Made by a program: the position numbers and the translations under genes
Notes under the pieces: model-generated
Seen by the model: only the letters and a program-made list of their open reading frames with translations
Told to the model about the DNA's origin: nothing
Databases searched by the model: none
In this document: positions 63,185 to 64,000 of the stretch, one piece after another
Layout of the letters: every line of letters begins with the position of its first letter
Position numbering within the stretch: the stretch's first letter is position 1
Assembly: GCA_045578165.1 (NCBI GenBank)
Contig: JAZNJR010000003.1
Location: forward strand, 1,402-65,401
DNA length: 64,000 nt
Direction of reading: 5' to 3'
DNA from: Acutalibacteraceae bacterium
Lineage (GTDB): Bacteria > Bacillota > Clostridia > Oscillospirales > Acutalibacteraceae

Positions 63185-64000
63185 ATGAGAAGTTTAATTG
63201 ATATTGCTGAGTTATCTCTTAATGAAATTGACGCGCTTTTAAACACCGCAAACGATATTATTGAAAATCCTGCAAAATACAGTGAAAAATGCAAGGGCAA
63301 AAAACTTGCCACCTTGTTTTTCGAGCCCTCTACCCGTACACGTTTGAGTTTTGAAGCGGCTATGTACGAGCTGGGCGGCAACGTCATTGGTTTTTCCGAA
63401 GCGCAAAGCTCTTCCGCTGCTAAAGGCGAAAGTGTTGCCGATACCGCAAAGACCATTTCTTGCTATGCTGATATTATTGCAATGCGCCACCCCAAAGAAG
63501 GCGCACCGCTTGTGGCTTCAATGAATGCGTCGGTACCGGTTATTAATGCGGGCGACGGTGGTCACAACCACCCCACCCAAACCTTAGCCGATTTACTTAC
63601 AATTAAACGTGAAAAAGGCGGTTTTGATAATTTAACGGTTGGTTTTTGCGGCGACCTTAAATTTGGCAGAACGGTACATTCTCTTATAACTGCGCTTCGC
63701 AGATATAAAAACGTTAAGTTTATTTTCATTTCGCCTAATGAACTTAAGGTACCCGAATACATTAAAGAATCGTTAAAAAATGAAAATTTTGAAATTGTTG
63801 AAACGACCGATTTAGAAGCAGTAATCGCTCAGCTTGACGTTTTGTATATGACCCGTGTTCAGCGTGAACGCTTCTTCAATGAAGAAGAATATTTGCGCCT
63901 TAAGGACAGCTATATTCTTACGCCCGAAAAACTTACAGATGCAAAACAAAATCTTTCAATAATGCATCCGCTACCCCGCGTAAACGAAATAAGCGTTGCA
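63185..64000 (+). CDS. pyrB: aspartate carbamoyltransferase catalytic subunit (C-terminus beyond the right edge)
   Basis: Not in the ORF track because it is open at the edge. My translation gives [11 protein letters not shown]...[13 protein letters not shown]...HPTQ...MHPLPRV, with 272 in-frame codons to position 64000. Confidence 0.9.
   Translation, partial: MRSLIDIAELSLNEIDALLNTANDIIENPAKYSEKCKGKKLATLFFEPSTRTRLSFEAAMYELGGNVIGFSEAQSSSAAKGESVADTAKTISCYADIIAMRHPKEGAPLVASMNASVPVINAGDGGHNHPTQTLADLLTIKREKGGFDNLTVGFCGDLKFGRTVHSLITALRRYKNVKFIFISPNELKVPEYIKESLKNENFEIVETTDLEAVIAQLDVLYMTRVQRERFFNEEEYLRLKDSYILTPEKLTDAKQNLSIMHPLPRVNEISVA

Noticed and set aside
1-64000. Defence systems, toxin-antitoxin pairs, retrons/DGRs, prophage or transposase genes
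   Set aside because: Every ORF above 180 nt was inspected. No nuclease/helicase/RT/ATPase defence-type proteins, small adjacent TA-like pairs or transposases were recognised. The only mobility trace is the truncated integrase at 12471-12797.

Overview
This is a 64-kb chromosomal segment of a low-GC, endospore-forming Firmicute. The Clostridia-type assignment is inferred from a gerA-type operon, AGGAGG-type ribosome binding sites and the lipoprotein/ABC transporter architecture. I support about 50 CDS and 2 tRNAs. I saw no rRNA, CRISPR array, intact transposase, phage genes or recognisable defence genes. Layout: (1) 1-2184 holds a partial secreted protein and an alpha/beta hydrolase. (2) 2231-13165 is a ~10.9-kb segment bracketed by a ~99-bp direct repeat made of the 3' 44 nt of tRNA-Gln plus its terminator. 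A C-terminal-only tyrosine recombinase fragment lies next to the intact tRNA-Gln, so this looks like a decayed integrative island. Its cargo is a six-gene redox-rich catabolic operon plus an AraC regulator. The operon encodes an OYE/Fe-S flavoprotein, an SDR, an Frd-like FAD protein, a TIM-barrel isomerase, a cytoplasmic heparinase II/III-like protein and a D-2-hydroxyacid dehydrogenase. (3) 12.9-13.6 kb holds a divergent tRNA-Gln(CTG)/tRNA-Ala(GGC) pair. Each tRNA is followed by a homologous ~125-nt hairpin-rich element that ends in a 19-nt copy of that tRNA's own 3' end. (4) 13.6-17.5 kb is an AraC / GH36 alpha-galactosidase / CE4 deacetylase operon. (5) 17.9-45.9 kb is a 28-kb co-directional glycan-utilisation locus. 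It contains a GH16 lipoprotein, two ABC importers without ATPases, and a 952-aa binding protein with two CBM-like modules. It also contains an NHL-propeller/Yip1 membrane protein, a 750-aa lipoprotein and a 1792-aa five-module surface protein. The rest of the locus is a set of signal-less enzymes (GH37-like, SGNH, GH89, GH30, PHP) plus an MFS transporter. (6) 46-54.8 kb holds housekeeping and sporulation genes: a CPBP protease, a HAD-IIA hydrolase, a nitrilase-GDPD fusion, a compact gerA-type operon, a VanY-like peptidase and lepA. (7) 54.9-64.0 kb is a pyrimidine operon, pyrC-carB-pyrK-pyrD-pyrF-(PHP gene)-pyrE-pyrB. The most unusual signals are the tRNA-linked structured elements, the island cargo, and the NHL-Yip1 plus lipoprotein pair embedded between the two ABC importers. 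All functional calls rest on motif recognition by eye, because no database search was possible.
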